Source: Felis catus
Lineage: Eukaryota
Direction of reading: 5' to 3'
DNA length: 64,000 bases
Assembly (NCBI RefSeq): GCF_018350175.1
Contig: NC_058383.1
Location: 30,134,001-30,198,000, forward strand
Below, in pieces: positions 61,649 to 64,000 of this stretch. Both the position numbers and the translations under genes were made by a program. How positions within the stretch are numbered: the first letter of the stretch is position 1; every line of letters begins with the position of its first letter. The notes under the pieces were generated by a model, which saw only the letters and a program-made list of their open reading frames with translations, was not told the origin of the DNA and did not search any database.

Positions 61649-62807
61649 TGGCACAAAAACAGACACATAGACCAATGGAATAGAATAGAAACCCCAGAAC
61701 TAGACCCACAAACGTATGGCCAACTCATCTTTGACAAAGCAGGAAAGAACATCCAATGGAAAAAAGACAGCCTCTTTAACAAATGGTGCTGGGAGAACTG
61801 GACAGCAACATGCAGAAGGTTGAAACTAGACCACTTTCTCACACCATTCACAAAAATAAACTCAAAATGGGTAAAGGACCTAAATGTGAGACAGGAAACC
61901 ATCAAAACCTTAGAGGAGAAAGCAGGAAAAGACCTCTCTGACCTCAGCCGTAGCAATCTCTTACTCGACACATCCCCAAAGGCAAGGGAATTAAAAGCAA
62001 AAGTGAATTACTGGGACCTTATGAAGATAAAAAGCTTCTGCACAGCAAAGGAAACAACCAACAAAACTAAAAGGCAACCAACGGAATGGGAAAAGATATT
62101 CGCAAATGACATATCGGACAAAGGGCTAGTCTCCAAAATCTATAAAGAGCTCACCAAACTCCACACCCGAAAAACAAATAACCCAGTGAAGAAATGGGCA
62201 GAAAACATGAATAGACACTTCTCTAAAGAAGACATCCGGATGGCCAACAGGCACATGAAAAGATGTTCAGCGTCGCTCCTTATCAGGGAAATACAAATCA
62301 AAACCACACTCAGGTATCACCTCACGCCAGTCAGAGTGGCCAAAATGAACAAATCAGGAGACTATAGATGCTGGCGAGGATGTGGAGAAACGGGAACCCT
62401 CTTGCACTGTTGGTGGGAATGCAAATTGGTGCAGCCGCTCTGGAAAGCAGTGTGGAGGTTCCTCAGAAAATTAAATAGACCTACCCTATGACCCAGCAAT
62501 AGCACTGCTAGGAATTTATCCAAGGGATACAGGAGTACTGATGCATAGGGCCACTTGTACCCCAATGTTCATAGCAGCACTCTCAACAATAGCCAAATTA
62601 TGGAAAGAGCCTAAATGTCCATCAACTGATGAATGGATAAAGAAATTGTGGTTTATATACACAATGGAATACTACGTGGCAATGAGAAAAAATGAAATAT
62701 GGCCTTTTGTAGCAACGTGGATGGAACTGGAGAGTGTGATGCTAAGTGAAATAAGCCATACAGAGAAAAACAGATACCATATGGTTTCACTCTTATGTGG
62801 ATCCTGA
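61649..62807 (+). pseudogene. L1 ORF2p C-terminal fragment, 5'-truncated and frameshifted near 62473
   Basis: [14 protein letters not shown]...; CX3CX7HX4C motif [18 protein letters not shown]; the second frame continues to ...MVSLLCGS*. Confidence 0.95.
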
Positions 62808-63041
62808 GAAACTTAACAGGAACCCATGGGGGAGGGGAAGGAAAAAAAAAAAAAGAGGTTAGAGTGGGAGAGAGCCAAAGCATAAGAGACTGTTAAAAAC
62901 TGAGAACTGAGGGTTGATGGGGGGTGGGAGGGAGGAGAGGGTGGGTGATGGGTATTGAGGAGGGCACCTTTTGGGATGAGCACTGGGTGTTGTATGGAAA
63001 CCAATTTGTCAATAAATTTCATATATAAAAAAATAATAAAA

Positions 63042-63076
<35 letters not shown>

Positions 63077-63079
63077 AAA
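61649..63079 (+). mobile_element. Young 5'-truncated felid L1 (ORF2 3' part, 3' UTR, patterned A tail)
   Basis: Perfect TSD agaaaagccatccga at 61634-61648 and 63080-63094; G-rich 3' UTR; AATAAA at 63011; (TAAA)n tail. Confidence 0.98.
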
Positions 63080-63124
63080 AGAAAAGCCATCCGACGACTG
63101 TCAGCCTCAGTGACCTCATCTGTA

Positions 63125-63590
63125 TTATGTTCCAGGCACTGTTCCGTGCAGTTAACATAAAATAATTTATTTAATCCTAGCAACCGTCTATGAGGTGGGT
63201 ACCCTATGAGCATCCCCATTTTACAAGTGATGAAAAGGATGTTTCCAGACATTATATAACTTGCCCAATTATATACCTGGACAGTAGCAGACAGTCTGTC
63301 TCCGGCGCTCAGGCTGTTAACCACAGTTCTATTGTCTCCCGATAGAAATACAAAGTGTGGTAAGATTAAATGAGATAATGAATGCAAAGCATATAACTCA
63401 GTGCTAAGCTTTATACACACAGTAAAGTTGGCTTTTACTGCAACAGCTTCCATTTATCAAGTACTTCTCATGTGCCACTCATTGTGCTATGTCCCCAAAC
63501 ATTCAATTTCTCTCGCCCTCATAGGAAATAGGAATAATTATCACCTTCCTTTTAAAGGCGAGGAGCTAGGTTCAGAGAGGTTTCTTCACT
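63125..63590. mobile_element. Cluster of MIR fragments in both orientations
   Basis: ccaggcactgttc...tttaatcct...catccccattttaca (-); taagattaaatgagataatgaatgcaaagc (+); aggttcagagaggtt (-). Confidence 0.7.
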
Positions 63591-64000
63591 ACAAATTCTT
63601 GTGGACCAGACACATTATAGGTGCTGTGCTAGGGGTGGTTGGCCCCAGGGCACACAGCTATTGAGAAGGCAGGTCTCCCTGACTCCAAGACGGTTCTCTC
63701 TCCAGGGGACCCCTGGCTCCAACAGCAGGTGGCATCTGACACAGAGGCAAAAGATCACTTCAAGGGGACCAGGAAAGACTGGGGGACCGTTGTGATCAAA
63801 GGGTAAGGAGTTGTTCCCAGCTCATAGCAAACTGCCCTAGGACTGATCCCAAGATTCCAGAGCAACAAGGGAACTTGGCGATCCAGCCTCGTCTGCGCGG
63901 TGGAAGGAAAGCTGGATCCCTGCCCGAGGGATACAGCTCATTAGCAGAGCTGGAGCAAAGCCCCGTGGCTTCTGACTCCCTGCCAAACAATCCCTTTTGC

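Noticed and set aside
61619..62491. 290-aa ORF as a host gene
   Set aside because: It is truncated L1 ORF2; the nominal GTG start lies in flanking MIR/TSD sequence.
63718..63740. CTCF-like acagcaggtggcat
   Set aside because: Mismatches at key flanking positions; equally just an E-box.

Overview
Mammalian non-coding DNA from a feliform carnivore, very probably a felid. The evidence is about 30 tRNA-derived CanSINEs of the felid SINEC_Fc type and a felid-type L1 3' end. I find no credible protein-coding exon, RNA gene, CpG-island promoter or CRISPR-like array; the window reads as an intron or gene desert. Much of it is interspersed repeat: old L1M pieces, L2, MIR, MaLR/ERVL solo LTRs, hAT/TcMar DNA-transposon relics, CanSINEs and microsatellites. 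Nearly all listed ORFs are chance or repeat-derived. The only real coding remnant is the ORF2 C-terminus of a young 5'-truncated L1 (61649-63079, perfect 15-bp TSD). The best observations are structural: (1) a ~300-bp copy of neighbouring sequence (donor ~25111-25457) pasted into the head of a CanSINE (~26726-27031), which is itself one of two SINEs inserted at one target site (three TSD copies); (2) a five-level nest of elements at 53.6-55.4 kb; (3) a SINE inserted in inverted orientation inside another SINE; (4) several repeat-free, motif-dense blocks that may be enhancers, and a few + strand exon-like segments that may belong to a non-coding transcript. I cannot support a claim of a new biological system. 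Repeat subfamily names come from recalled consensus sequences, not a database run, and boundaries of old repeats are approximate (tens of bp).
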